DNA from: Oligoflexia bacterium
GTDB taxonomy: Bacteria; Bdellovibrionota; Bdellovibrionia; JABDDW01
Direction: 5' to 3'
Length of the DNA: 64,000 nucleotides
Assembly: GCA_023250675.1 (NCBI GenBank)
Contig: JAHFAE010000002.1
Coordinates: 7,491-71,490 of the forward strand
In this document: positions 17,538 through 27,135 of the stretch, in pieces
Position numbering within the stretch: position 1 is the stretch's first letter
How the letters are laid out: each line of letters begins with the position of its first letter
Notes under the pieces: model-generated
Seen by the model: only the letters and a program-made list of their open reading frames with translations
Told to the model about the DNA's origin: nothing
Databases searched by the model: none
Made by a program: the position numbers and the translations under genes

Positions 17538-20510
17538 TTAAATAAGGGGGCTAATAGCCTCAGATACCGGTGCGAATCCCCGACGCAACGTATTTTCGGT
17601 TATGGTCTTTGGTTCCATAAATTGGAGAAGATAATCGGGCCCTCCGGCTTTGCTTCCAACGCCAGACATTTTAAATCCACCAAAGGGATGCCGTCCCACT
17701 ATGGCGCCCGTAATAGCTCTGTTAATATAAAGATTGCCCACTTCAAACTCATCTTTGGCCTTTTGAATATGGGTGGGGCTTCTAGTGTAAACTCCCCCTG
17801 TTAGGGCAAACTCCGTGTTATTGGCAATTTGAAGAGCTTCATCAAAATTCTTAGCAGAAATTACAGCTAAGACGGGTCCAAAAATTTCTTCATTGGCAAG
17901 GCGAGCTGTGGGTTTTATTTCTGTGAATATGGTTGGCGGAACAAAGAATCCTTCTTTGGGTGCAATTCCTTGAAAGGCCAATTGGCCTTCTGATTTTCCC
18001 ACTTCAATTATTGCTAATATTTTCTTCTGGGCCTCTCCATCAATAACGGGTCCAATGGCCGCCGACGCATTCTCAGGATTTTGAACGACCAGACTTCTAG
18101 CTGCTTCGATAAGTCGATGAACAAACTTTTCGTAATTTTCTTCTAAGACGATAACTCTTGAACAGGCAGAACATTTCTGACCTTGAAATCCAAAGGCAGA
18201 GTGAAGTGTGCCAAGGACCGCTTCATCTAGATCAGCGTCACTGTCAATGATGATGGCGTTCTTGCCTCCCATTTCGGCTACTACTTTTTTTACAGATCTT
18301 TGGCCCGGTTGGGTTTGGCCAGATTTATTGATAATGCTTAGTCCTACATCTTTTGAACCCGTGAACACGATAAAATCTATTTGCTTGTGATTGACGAGAT
18401 AATCGCCGACTTCTTCTCCTCGTCCCGGTAAAAAATTTACTACGCCTGGTAAGAGCCCCGCTTCTAATAATATAGACATGAATTCAGAAGCAATGACGGA
18501 GGATTGCTCTGCGGGTTTCATGATGACCGAGTTGCCGCAAATGGCACTGCCTACGACCATTCCGGCTAAAATCGCAAGGGGGAAATTCCACGGGGCTATA
18601 ACAACTCCCACACCTCGCGGTTGGTAAGAATAAAAACTTTCTTCACCGGGAATCAAACTTGTGGGGCTCGCCTTAGCAAATTTTTTGATCTGTTCAGAAT
18701 AATAGCGGCAAAAATCGATGGCCTCGGCTACTTCGCCATCGGCTTCACGCCATGTTTTTCCAACTTCTAGAATGGCCAAAGCCATAAGTTCAAATTTTCT
18801 TTGAATCATAATGGCGGCCGCTTTTTCAAAAACAGCACAGCGTTCATCGGCTGATTTTTGAGACCAAATTTTCTGAGACGTTTTGGCAGCTGCAAGGGCT
18901 AGCTCTGCTTCTGGTTGTTTGGCCAAAGCCATTTTCCCGATTACAAGTGTAGGTGATGATGGACAAACTGACAGATGTTCTTCAGAGGTCTTAATTTCTT
19001 TTTTGCCAATCACGAGGGGATGGTATTTCCCCAAATCTTTTTTTACTTGAACCAAAGCGTTTGTAAGAGCTTGACGATTTAAGAGCAAATTAAAATCAAC
19101 AGGTGGTTCGTTTACAAAAAAATGGTTGGCCGTCGTATGGCTAGGAGAATGTGTCAGTGAAGCCGGATCTCTAAGTAATTCGGATGTAGAAGTATTTGCT
19201 GAAAATTTGGCTCTTAAAAAGGACTCGTTAGAGGTGTTTTCTAGGAGTCTTCGAACCAAGTACGCCATTCCGGGAATGAGCTCACCAATGGGTGCATATT
19301 CCCGCACTCTCAATCCCATTTTAACAAGTGCTTTTTTAATTGGCTCGGCCATGCCGTATAGCATTTGTATTTCGAAACTTCGTTTGTCGATTCCAAGTTT
19401 TTCCGCCTGCACCAGAACATTGGCGATGGAGCGGATATTATGGGACCCGAACGCGGGCTTAATAAATTTGTGATTTTGAAGCATCAGCGTCGACAATATT
19501 TCATAGTTGGCATCGGTCTCACTTTTATTAGTAAAGACAGGAATGGGCCATCCCCTTTGCCCCGCCAAAACAGTTTCATAGTCCCAATAGGCCCCTTTCA
19601 CCAGCCGAATTGTTATTTTGCCTTGGCGCTTCTTAGCCCATTCGATGAGGCTTTCAAGATCTTTTTGAGAATCTTTGAGGTAGGCTTGAATGACAATTCC
19701 AACGTTGTGATGATCTTTAAATTCCTCTTCTTCCATTAAACTTTTAAATAGAGCCAAAGTGAGATCTTTATGAAAATAAGACTCCATATCAAGATTAATA
19801 AAGACATCTAGTTCCATGGCTCTTCGAACGATTAGACGAAGTTTTTCATTTACAGAGTTGATGGAATTCACAGGATCAATGGAATCAAATTGAGAATAAA
19901 GAGAGCTGGCCTTTACAGAAACATTGACCTTAGAAATTTCACCAGAAGAGTCTTCATCTATATGGGGAAGTTTGGGCCATTTTTGAGAACTCTTCCAGAG
20001 TTTATCAATGAGTTCCATGTATCGTTTTTGATAGGCCCAGGCTTCAGCTTCGCTCACAGCGGCCTCACCTAATAGATCAGCCGTGAAACAAAGTTTTTCG
20101 GCCCTCATTTTTTCTAGGTTTTTAATGGCATCTTCTGGTGTGCTACCGGTGATAAACATTTTTGCCATTTGAGTGACATTTTTTTTGATACTAGAAGCAA
20201 GCAGTCCTGGAGCCAGAGCTCCCAGCCCCAAACCCCAACCCAAAATAGAAGGCATTTCTTGGCCCTCTCCTGAGAAATACTCTTTAAGGTGTCTAGCGAC
20301 TTCGTCTGAGGAATCAAGATAGGGGAGTACATCGACGAACCGAAACATTTGAGTTTTAAATTTTTCGTTTTGCATGGACCAATCCATAATTCGTCCATAC
20401 CACCAATCTTTGTTAAATATAGAACTTGTCTCATTTTCCATGAGATCAAATATCTGCTGTCCTCGGGCGAAGATTTCAGCTTGAATGTTTTGGATATCGG
20501 AATTGGCCAT
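17538..20510 (-). CDS. putA: Bifunctional proline dehydrogenase / delta-1-pyrroline-5-carboxylate dehydrogenase (PutA, short form lacking the DNA-binding domain).
   Basis: 990 aa with an N-terminal PRODH barrel region and a C-terminal ALDH domain carrying the catalytic Cys context FGFQGQKCSACSRV and the EAGLLPGVVNFLPGRG motif. Confidence 0.8.
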   Translation of the reverse strand: MANSDIQNIQAEIFARGQQIFDLMENETSSIFNKDWWYGRIMDWSMQNEKFKTQMFRFVDVLPYLDSSDEVARHLKEYFSGEGQEMPSILGWGLGLGALAPGLLASSIKKNVTQMAKMFITGSTPEDAIKNLEKMRAEKLCFTADLLGEAAVSEAEAWAYQKRYMELIDKLWKSSQKWPKLPHIDEDSSGEISKVNVSVKASSLYSQFDSIDPVNSINSVNEKLRLIVRRAMELDVFINLDMESYFHKDLTLALFKSLMEEEEFKDHHNVGIVIQAYLKDSQKDLESLIEWAKKRQGKITIRLVKGAYWDYETVLAGQRGWPIPVFTNKSETDANYEILSTLMLQNHKFIKPAFGSHNIRSIANVLVQAEKLGIDKRSFEIQMLYGMAEPIKKALVKMGLRVREYAPIGELIPGMAYLVRRLLENTSNESFLRAKFSANTSTSELLRDPASLTHSPSHTTANHFFVNEPPVDFNLLLNRQALTNALVQVKKDLGKYHPLVIGKKEIKTSEEHLSVCPSSPTLVIGKMALAKQPEAELALAAAKTSQKIWSQKSADERCAVFEKAAAIMIQRKFELMALAILEVGKTWREADGEVAEAIDFCRYYSEQIKKFAKASPTSLIPGEESFYSYQPRGVGVVIAPWNFPLAILAGMVVGSAICGNSVIMKPAEQSSVIASEFMSILLEAGLLPGVVNFLPGRGEEVGDYLVNHKQIDFIVFTGSKDVGLSIINKSGQTQPGQRSVKKVVAEMGGKNAIIIDSDADLDEAVLGTLHSAFGFQGQKCSACSRVIVLEENYEKFVHRLIEAARSLVVQNPENASAAIGPVIDGEAQKKILAIIEVGKSEGQLAFQGIAPKEGFFVPPTIFTEIKPTARLANEEIFGPVLAVISAKNFDEALQIANNTEFALTGGVYTRSPTHIQKAKDEFEVGNLYINRAITGAIVGRHPFGGFKMSGVGSKAGGPDYLLQFMEPKTITENTLRRGFAPVSEAISPLI

Positions 20511-20544
20511 AAGTTCAATTATCTAGATCTGATACCAGTAGTTT

Positions 20545-21147
20545 TCAAGTGGCAAATCGCCAAAAGCCTTTGCTTAATCCCAGTAATTCAGCTTTTAGCT
20601 CATCACCGGGTTTAACAGGACCTACTCCCGACGGTGTGCCGGTAAGAATTATATCCCCTGGTTCTAACGGAAAAGTGCTCTCTAAATACTTAACGAGTTG
20701 GGAAACTTTGAAAATCATATCTTTTGTGAAACCGTGTTGAACTACTTTCTCATTAAGAAAAACCTTAATTTCAAGGTTAGAAAGGTCCACTCCTGATGCA
20801 GATACCCAATTTCCAATTCCGCAACTTTGCTTAAATCCCTTAGCGAGAGCCCAGGGACCTTTTGAGTCTTGGGCTTCTTTTTGTATGTCGCGGGCGGTGA
20901 GATCGTTGCCAATGGCAATTTCTGAAATTTCTAACTCCCGCCCAAGTTTTACCGCCAGCTCCCCTTCGTAGTGCACATTTTTTGAAAATGGGGGAAGGTG
21001 AACTGTGCCGCCGCTCAACACAATACTTGAGTGGGGTTTAAAAAACACCATAGGGGATTCGCTTGCTGCTGGCGGGGCTTGGTTGCCCAATTCCTTGGCG
21101 TGGTCGGCGTAATTGCGCCCAATTCCATAAATCATAACATGATCCAA
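20545..21147 (-). CDS. Fumarylacetoacetate hydrolase (FAH) family protein.
   Basis: 200 aa with IYGIGRNYADHAKE...YEGELAVKLGRE, characteristic of FAH-family hydratases/isomerases. Confidence 0.65.
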   Translation of the reverse strand: MDHVMIYGIGRNYADHAKELGNQAPPAASESPMVFFKPHSSIVLSGGTVHLPPFSKNVHYEGELAVKLGRELEISEIAIGNDLTARDIQKEAQDSKGPWALAKGFKQSCGIGNWVSASGVDLSNLEIKVFLNEKVVQHGFTKDMIFKVSQLVKYLESTFPLEPGDIILTGTPSGVGPVKPGDELKAELLGLSKGFWRFAT

Positions 21148-21596
21148 AAACCGTCTTCGTATTTAAAGACTAGTGCTTGGCCTTTACCAATATTGGTGAA
21201 GTTACCTGTGAGTTCGTCTATAGCTTGGGGAATTACATCGCCGTGACTGCATAAATAGTGAGTTCTTGGGTCTTCCTGATTTTCTTTTAAAAATTTTTCA
21301 ATACGTTTCGCAAAAATGCCTTCTGACTCTCCTGATTTTTGTTCGTCTAAAGACGGTTCAATTATAAGTATGGATCCTGCTCTTTGGCTCAGAGGCTCTA
21401 TGGTTTCAATGCACCGGCGCTTGGGGCTCGTCATAAAAACATCCCCAGGTGGTAGCTCACCATCTTCGTATTGTTTGAGTAATTCACTGGTTTGTTCTTT
21501 GCCTTTCGAAGATAAACCGTTGTCTTGGGATTTATCAGCCGTGTCTCGGTGAGCATGTCTTACAAAGACGATGTGTTTAACTAATTTCTTTGGCAT
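21132..21596 (-). CDS. sixA: Histidine phosphatase superfamily protein (SixA-like phosphohistidine phosphatase).
   Basis: RHG-type catalytic motif VFVRHAHRD. SPKRRCIET and SHGD motifs. 154 aa. Confidence 0.6.
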   Translation of the reverse strand: MPKKLVKHIVFVRHAHRDTADKSQDNGLSSKGKEQTSELLKQYEDGELPPGDVFMTSPKRRCIETIEPLSQRAGSILIIEPSLDEQKSGESEGIFAKRIEKFLKENQEDPRTHYLCSHGDVIPQAIDELTGNFTNIGKGQALVFKYEDGFWIML

Positions 21597-21758
21597 TTGG
21601 CCGACCTCGTACTTGGCAGCTGGCTGATATTATGCTATAAAATAACAAAAGCCACACTCAATTAGCGATGGCGGGTGCTTTTTTGGGGCTCTCGTAGCTA
21701 ATAAACCTAAGGGTGGTTTTTTTATTTATCGACGCCACCCTTTTTACAAGGAGTGTCT

Positions 21759-22787
21759 ATGAATATGCGAAAAGAACTACTCAAAGAAACCATCGAACAT
21801 TATGACATCAAAAAAATCGACGTAGTCCCCATAGTTGACGCCATGTCAAAAATGGCTTTTCAAGCGAGAAACTTAGGCCGAGCCGCTAAAATTTACGATC
21901 AAATGTTAGCCGAAAAAGACTGTGCAGTTATTTTATGTATGGCTGGAAGTCTTTTTAGCGCAGGTCTAAAAAAGATCGTCTACGATTTGGTTTCAAATAA
22001 TATGGTGGATGCCATTGTATCAACTGGTGCCATTATTGTTGACCAAGATTTTTTCGAAGGCCTGGGTTTTAAGCATTATGTCGGAACTCAGTTTGTCGAT
22101 GACAATATGCTTAGAGAAAATCATATTGACCGCATCTATGATACCTATATTGATGAAGATGAATTGCGTAACTGCGATATGACGATTTCTGAGATTTGCA
22201 AAAGTTTAGAGCCACGCCCCTATTCATCTCGTGAATTTATTAATGCTATGGGTGCCTATTTAGATAAAAATGGTAAGAACAAAGAATCAGTTGTCTTGGC
22301 TGCCTATAAAAACCAAGTGCCCATTTTTGTTCCTGCTTTTTCAGATTGTTCTGCTGGCTTTGGTTTGGTGCACCATCAATGGAATAATTCGAAGAGCCAG
22401 GTGAGTATTGATTCTGCCAAGGATTTTTTGGAACTCACCAAAGTAAAATTGATGGCTAAAGAAACGGGTCTTATGATGATTGGCGGTGGCGTGCCTAAGA
22501 ACTTTGCCCAAGATACAGTAGTGGCGGCAGAAATCTTAGGTAAGGACGTGCCCATGCATAAATATGCGGTGCAAATCACCGTTGCAGACGAGCGCGATGG
22601 AGCCTTATCCGGATCTACTTTGAAAGAGGCGAGTTCTTGGGGCAAAGTCGATACCGCCTATGAGCAAATGGTTTTTGGTGAAGCGACGACATTGTTGCCC
22701 CTGTTAGCGGGATATGCCTATCACAAAAAAAGCTGGCAGAAACGTTCCCCGTTTAAGTTCACTGATAAATTGGCCGCGCCAAAGTAA
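21759..22787 (+). CDS. Deoxyhypusine synthase-like protein (DHS/homospermidine-synthase family). The ORF track starts at GTG 21753; ATG 21759 is preferred because AAGGAG lies 5 nt upstream.
   Basis: Strong similarity pattern to the DHS family (VDAMSKMAFQARNLGRAAKIY..., AIVSTGAIIVDQDFFEGLG). RBS acaAGGAG at 21746-21753. Confidence 0.6.
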   Translation: MNMRKELLKETIEHYDIKKIDVVPIVDAMSKMAFQARNLGRAAKIYDQMLAEKDCAVILCMAGSLFSAGLKKIVYDLVSNNMVDAIVSTGAIIVDQDFFEGLGFKHYVGTQFVDDNMLRENHIDRIYDTYIDEDELRNCDMTISEICKSLEPRPYSSREFINAMGAYLDKNGKNKESVVLAAYKNQVPIFVPAFSDCSAGFGLVHHQWNNSKSQVSIDSAKDFLELTKVKLMAKETGLMMIGGGVPKNFAQDTVVAAEILGKDVPMHKYAVQITVADERDGALSGSTLKEASSWGKVDTAYEQMVFGEATTLLPLLAGYAYHKKSWQKRSPFKFTDKLAAPK

Positions 22788-22856
22788 TATTTTAGGGGCC
22801 CTGGAGAACGGTACTGAGAACTTTTACGTAAAGGTCTAGTCTGACCTTCCCGTTTT

Positions 22857-23735
22857 CTATTGCTGAACTATGTTGGCCTGTTTCAAACTTTCTTTTAGTT
22901 TAGTTTTTAAGTAGGGGTAAAATCGGGCCGTGTCGATGGCCAAATTTGAACGGGGATAACTGTATTCCTTTAAATGCAAACCAATGTTATTTCCTTCAGG
23001 CGACAAACGCGCGCCTTCGTTTACTGCAACGATTGTGTATTTTCCATCCGGACTTAAATAATAAATTGGTGCGCCCGAACTCCCTTTGTTCATGTCGCAG
23101 TCATGACCTATTTTTGAGGACGTAGCTTTTATTTCACAGTCTTTTTGAACGGTCAGCACTTCAGCCTCATCAATATCTCCATTGTAACCAGCAAGATCTA
23201 CTAAGTAACGTGCGGGTTTAGATAGTCCAACAAATTCGCTCAACCATTGGGAATATGTTTTCTCGATCTTTGCAGTTGAAGCAACTTCGAACCAACCTAA
23301 ACGAAGGCCTATTGGATTTTCTAGTTTTAAAATGGCCCAATCATTATAGCCTTCATAGGAGATAGCGGCCTTAGTCAATTGATAGTCAGCGAAAATCTCA
23401 GTAACAGGAGAATCAGCTAAGGATCGTCCTTTGTGATAAAATGCCTGAAAGTAAATCTTGGTATCATTCTTATTGGTTAAAAATTGGTCAACACAGTGTA
23501 AATTTGTAAGAGCAAGATCCGGCCCCACTAACGAACCTGAGCAAAATAAGACTTTGCCTCCAGTTTCAATTCTAATCCGGCCCACCATGCTGTAGGGAGG
23601 CGATGGGAATAGTACTGGGCGCCGGTCATCTTTTCCGAAAATATGACCGGCAAACAAAGGAAAATTTAAGAAAGCATCAATAATAACAAGGACCGCAATA
23701 CAAAGAACAAAAGTACGAGTAGACATAGAATTCAC
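22857..23735 (-). CDS. Secreted trypsin-like serine protease (S1 family, V8/glutamyl-endopeptidase-like).
   Basis: Signal peptide, His-region motif LALTNLHCV, and Ser-region NKGSSGAPIYY (equivalent to GDSGGP). Confidence 0.6.
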   Translation of the reverse strand: MNSMSTRTFVLCIAVLVIIDAFLNFPLFAGHIFGKDDRRPVLFPSPPYSMVGRIRIETGGKVLFCSGSLVGPDLALTNLHCVDQFLTNKNDTKIYFQAFYHKGRSLADSPVTEIFADYQLTKAAISYEGYNDWAILKLENPIGLRLGWFEVASTAKIEKTYSQWLSEFVGLSKPARYLVDLAGYNGDIDEAEVLTVQKDCEIKATSSKIGHDCDMNKGSSGAPIYYLSPDGKYTIVAVNEGARLSPEGNNIGLHLKEYSYPRSNLAIDTARFYPYLKTKLKESLKQANIVQQ

Positions 23736-23959
23736 ATACTATGCAATTCCATGCCAGCCAGGATTTAGAAGGTAAATCGTATACAAAATGGTCATTCAAA
23801 GTGATTTTCTTTTCAAGCAATTGGATTAATTCTTTGAATTTTGACTAGGTAGCTCGGTCTGCCAAAATTGGGTCTGAAATTGTAAAAAAAATGTAGTTGA
23901 CGCTTAGGGTTTGTTCCCACGGTTTGAGCGAAAGACTTGCCATTTTGAAAAACGGCCGA

Positions 23960-25366
23960 TTAAGTCGGAGTATTTTGAGGTCTTACAACTTTATTCAAAC
24001 CATTGAATGCGGCTATCTTGTAAGCTTCTGCCAAAGTAGGATAGTTGAATATATTTTTGACAAGGGTTCGCATATCACCCCCCAATGTCATTACCATTTG
24101 ACCCAGGTGGACTAATTCTGAAGCCGAATTCCCAATGATGTGAATTCCATAAATTTCAGTGGTCTTTGGACAAAAGCAAATTTTTAGCAATCCAACTGAG
24201 TCGGCGATGATTTGGCCTCGAGCTGTTTCGCGATACTCGGCACGACCAATTTGATATTCAATATTTTCAGCGATAAGTGTTTCTTCGGATTTTCCTAAAC
24301 TGCTGATTTCCGGAATCGTAAAGATTCCGTAGGGGAATTGAGCCGGAAATTCATCATGGGGAATATTAAAAGCATGACAAGCGGCCAAGCGGCCTTGCTC
24401 AAAACTTGAGGAGGCAAGACTTGGAAATCCAATAACATCTCCTACGGCGTATATATTAGGAGTCGCTGTGAGATAATTCTTGTCCACTGCGATTTGTCCG
24501 CGCGTATCGGCAGTCAACCCCGCTGCCGACAAATTCAAAGGACCGGTCATGGCGTTTCTACCCATAGCGTATAAAAGCGTAGAAGAAACAACTTTTTTTC
24601 CACTCATCAAAGTTGTTTCAATCTGCCCGTCTGGGAGTTTGGAGATTTTGACAAATTCATCTCCCAGATGCAGGCGACACCCTTGTTCTATGAGAGTTTT
24701 CTTTAGAACCTCAGTGATTTCTTGGTCTATAAATGGAAGAATATCATTTTTCTTGTCGACCAAATGTACATTCACACCAAGGGCCGCGAACATACTTGCG
24801 TACTCACAGCCGATAACTCCGCCGCCGATGACAGTAAGAGACTCTGGAGTTTTTTTAATATTTAAAATGCTATCGCTGTCGCAAACCGTTTCGTCGTCAA
24901 AGGGGATTTGACTGGGGCGCACGGGTCGAGAACCAGTGGCAATGACAAAGAACTTTCCTTCGACAACAGTTTCTCCGCCTTCTGATGTGAGAACGTTTAA
25001 TTGATTTTTTGAAGCAAAGGAGCCCGTGCCATGATAAACGCTAATTCCATTTGATCGAATTTGTGCCGAAATAATATCATTTTCATTTGAAACCACGTTT
25101 TCTTTTCGTGCAGTGAGCTCCTGCATCGTGACCTGTTGTCTCACTGCTCGGCGAGTAAGTTCGGTTGAACCCAATCTAAAAGTAAATACATTGTAAATGC
25201 TTTCACGGAGAGCTTTGCTGGGCAAAGTGCCTGTATGAATGCAGGCTCCTCCGAAAACCGGTTCTTTTTCAATGAGAGCCACTTTTTTTCCAAATTTTGC
25301 GGCCTGAATGGCTGCCCGTTGGCCCCCCGGGCCCGATCCAATGACAATCAGATCAAAGGTTTTCAT
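23960..25366 (-). CDS. sthA: Pyridine nucleotide-disulfide oxidoreductase, probably soluble pyridine nucleotide transhydrogenase (SthA/UdhA) or a dihydrolipoamide-dehydrogenase-like enzyme.
   Basis: FAD-binding GSGPGG and GGACIHTGTLPSK (SthA-like; no redox disulfide CxxxxC). 468 aa. Confidence 0.6.
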   Translation of the reverse strand: MKTFDLIVIGSGPGGQRAAIQAAKFGKKVALIEKEPVFGGACIHTGTLPSKALRESIYNVFTFRLGSTELTRRAVRQQVTMQELTARKENVVSNENDIISAQIRSNGISVYHGTGSFASKNQLNVLTSEGGETVVEGKFFVIATGSRPVRPSQIPFDDETVCDSDSILNIKKTPESLTVIGGGVIGCEYASMFAALGVNVHLVDKKNDILPFIDQEITEVLKKTLIEQGCRLHLGDEFVKISKLPDGQIETTLMSGKKVVSSTLLYAMGRNAMTGPLNLSAAGLTADTRGQIAVDKNYLTATPNIYAVGDVIGFPSLASSSFEQGRLAACHAFNIPHDEFPAQFPYGIFTIPEISSLGKSEETLIAENIEYQIGRAEYRETARGQIIADSVGLLKICFCPKTTEIYGIHIIGNSASELVHLGQMVMTLGGDMRTLVKNIFNYPTLAEAYKIAAFNGLNKVVRPQNTPT

Positions 25367-25459
25367 AGAGATTAAACTCTACTTAGAGTTAAGTGGCTTT
25401 TGCAAGTGTCTAAATGGTGGCTCATGTTGACAACTTGGGCTTGAGACATCAGACTTTGC

Positions 25460-26068
25460 TTGGAGGTTATTGCTATGAAGGGTTACTTTGTCGGTATCGG
25501 GATAGTTGTCGGAATCGTGCTTCTTTTTGTCCTGTTTTACATGGGGTCCTATAATGGCCTTGTTTCTCGCCAAGAAGCGGTGAACGAGAAATGGAGTCAG
25601 ATTCAAAACGATTACCAGAGAAGATCAGATCTGATTCCCAATCTTGTCAATACAGTTAAAGGTGTCGCGAAATTTGAACAAGACACGCTAACGGCTGTAA
25701 TTACGGCTCGTTCAAAGGTCGGGTCTATGCAACTTGACAAGAATTTGCTTAATGATCCATCTCAATTTAGAAAATTCGAAGAAGCGCAAGGTCAGTTGAG
25801 TTCCGCACTCTCTCGATTGATGGTGGTCGTAGAAAAATATCCAGAACTCAAAGCCACTGCGAATTTCAGTGAGTTGCAATCTCAACTTGAAGGCACAGAA
25901 AATAGAATCACCGTGGCCCGTCGCGATTTCAATTTAGCTGTGAAAGAATATAATACGGCGTTACGAACTGTTCCTACAAACTTTGTCGCCGGTATATCTG
26001 GATTTAAAGAAAGACCGTACTTTGAAGCAGTCACTGGTTCTGAAAAGGCGCCGGAGGTTAAGTTCTAA
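25460..26068 (+). CDS. lemA: LemA family protein.
   Basis: Single N-terminal TM followed by the conserved LemA sequence YNGLVSRQEAVNEKWSQIQNDYQRRSDLIPNLV. Confidence 0.75.
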   Translation: MEVIAMKGYFVGIGIVVGIVLLFVLFYMGSYNGLVSRQEAVNEKWSQIQNDYQRRSDLIPNLVNTVKGVAKFEQDTLTAVITARSKVGSMQLDKNLLNDPSQFRKFEEAQGQLSSALSRLMVVVEKYPELKATANFSELQSQLEGTENRITVARRDFNLAVKEYNTALRTVPTNFVAGISGFKERPYFEAVTGSEKAPEVKF

Positions 26069-26074
26069 CTAGTA

Positions 26075-26971
26075 ATGGCTAGAGCCGATGGGGTCATCGA
26101 AAGATTTATTACCACTGATGGCACACTTCGCCTATCGGCCGTGATTTGTACAAAAGTAATTGAAGAAACAAGAAATATCCATAACTCCTTTCCGGTAGCC
26201 ACGGCTGCCTTGGGCCGATCACTTATAGGAGCAGGACTTTTAGCAAGTTTTCTTAAAAATAAAGGTAGAATTGGTTTGTATTTTAAAGGTGATGGACCCT
26301 TGGGGCCCGTTTTTGCCGAAGGAGATTTTTCGGGACAGGTGAGGGGCTTTGCTTCTTTTCCTCAAATTCATTTGCCAAGTAAAAGTGGCAAACTAGATGT
26401 GGGTGGTGCAGTTGGAAAGGGCGTTTTAAGTGTGGCGACTTCAACGGTCGATAATAAAAAACCTTATATTGGTACAGTCCCATTGCAATCTGGGGAAATC
26501 GGAGACGATATCGCCCATTATTTATTTCAGTCCCAGCAAGTACCGTCAGTAGTTGCCTTGGGAGTTTTCATTGAAGCCGATAATTCTGTAGGGGCAGCTG
26601 GGGGTACGATTTTGCAAGCTATGCCGGGTGTGAAAGAAATCACTTTGAAAACTTTAGAAGAGCGGGTCAAACAGATGCACACAGTTACCGAACTCATCAA
26701 AGCTGGCGGAACAACCAGTGACCTCGCCTACGAGGTTTTAGAAGATTTTAACTTTCGAAAACTAGACGAACGCACAGCGCTTCAGTTTGCGTGTCATTGT
26801 TCTTCAAAAAGAGTGGAGCGGTCTCTTCTTCTTTTGGGCGAAGTTGAACTTCAGGCTTTGGTAGATCGAAATATTGATGCTGAGGTCAATTGCGATTTTT
26901 GCGGCCGTAAGTATCTTGTTGATCTGAACACCCTTAAGGGTCTTTTGAGTCTTTCAAAAAAAAGGGTCTAA
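26075..26971 (+). CDS. hslO: Redox-regulated chaperone Hsp33.
   Basis: C-terminal zinc centre CHCSSK...(x28)...CDFCGRKY (CxC...CxxC). 298 aa. Confidence 0.75.
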   Translation: MARADGVIERFITTDGTLRLSAVICTKVIEETRNIHNSFPVATAALGRSLIGAGLLASFLKNKGRIGLYFKGDGPLGPVFAEGDFSGQVRGFASFPQIHLPSKSGKLDVGGAVGKGVLSVATSTVDNKKPYIGTVPLQSGEIGDDIAHYLFQSQQVPSVVALGVFIEADNSVGAAGGTILQAMPGVKEITLKTLEERVKQMHTVTELIKAGGTTSDLAYEVLEDFNFRKLDERTALQFACHCSSKRVERSLLLLGEVELQALVDRNIDAEVNCDFCGRKYLVDLNTLKGLLSLSKKRV

Positions 26972-27135
26972 TATTAGGGCGTCTCCCCATTTCGTCAAAT
27001 TAACCAAGGCTGTCAAAATGACTTCACAGTTAACAGAATAAATTAATGGCTTTAGTCATGACGCCCCGCCACAGACAACAGTCTTGTTTTCGAAGTTAAC
27101 TATCAATATTCACTGGAGAATTCCGATAAAATATT

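Noticed and set aside
18208-20072. Several 60-124-aa plus-strand ORFs within the putA region.
   Set aside because: All are antisense to the 990-aa PutA ORF, which has clear PRODH and ALDH motifs.
25379-25606. 75-aa minus-strand ORF overlapping the lemA start.
   Set aside because: It overlaps a confidently recognised LemA gene and has a low-complexity product.
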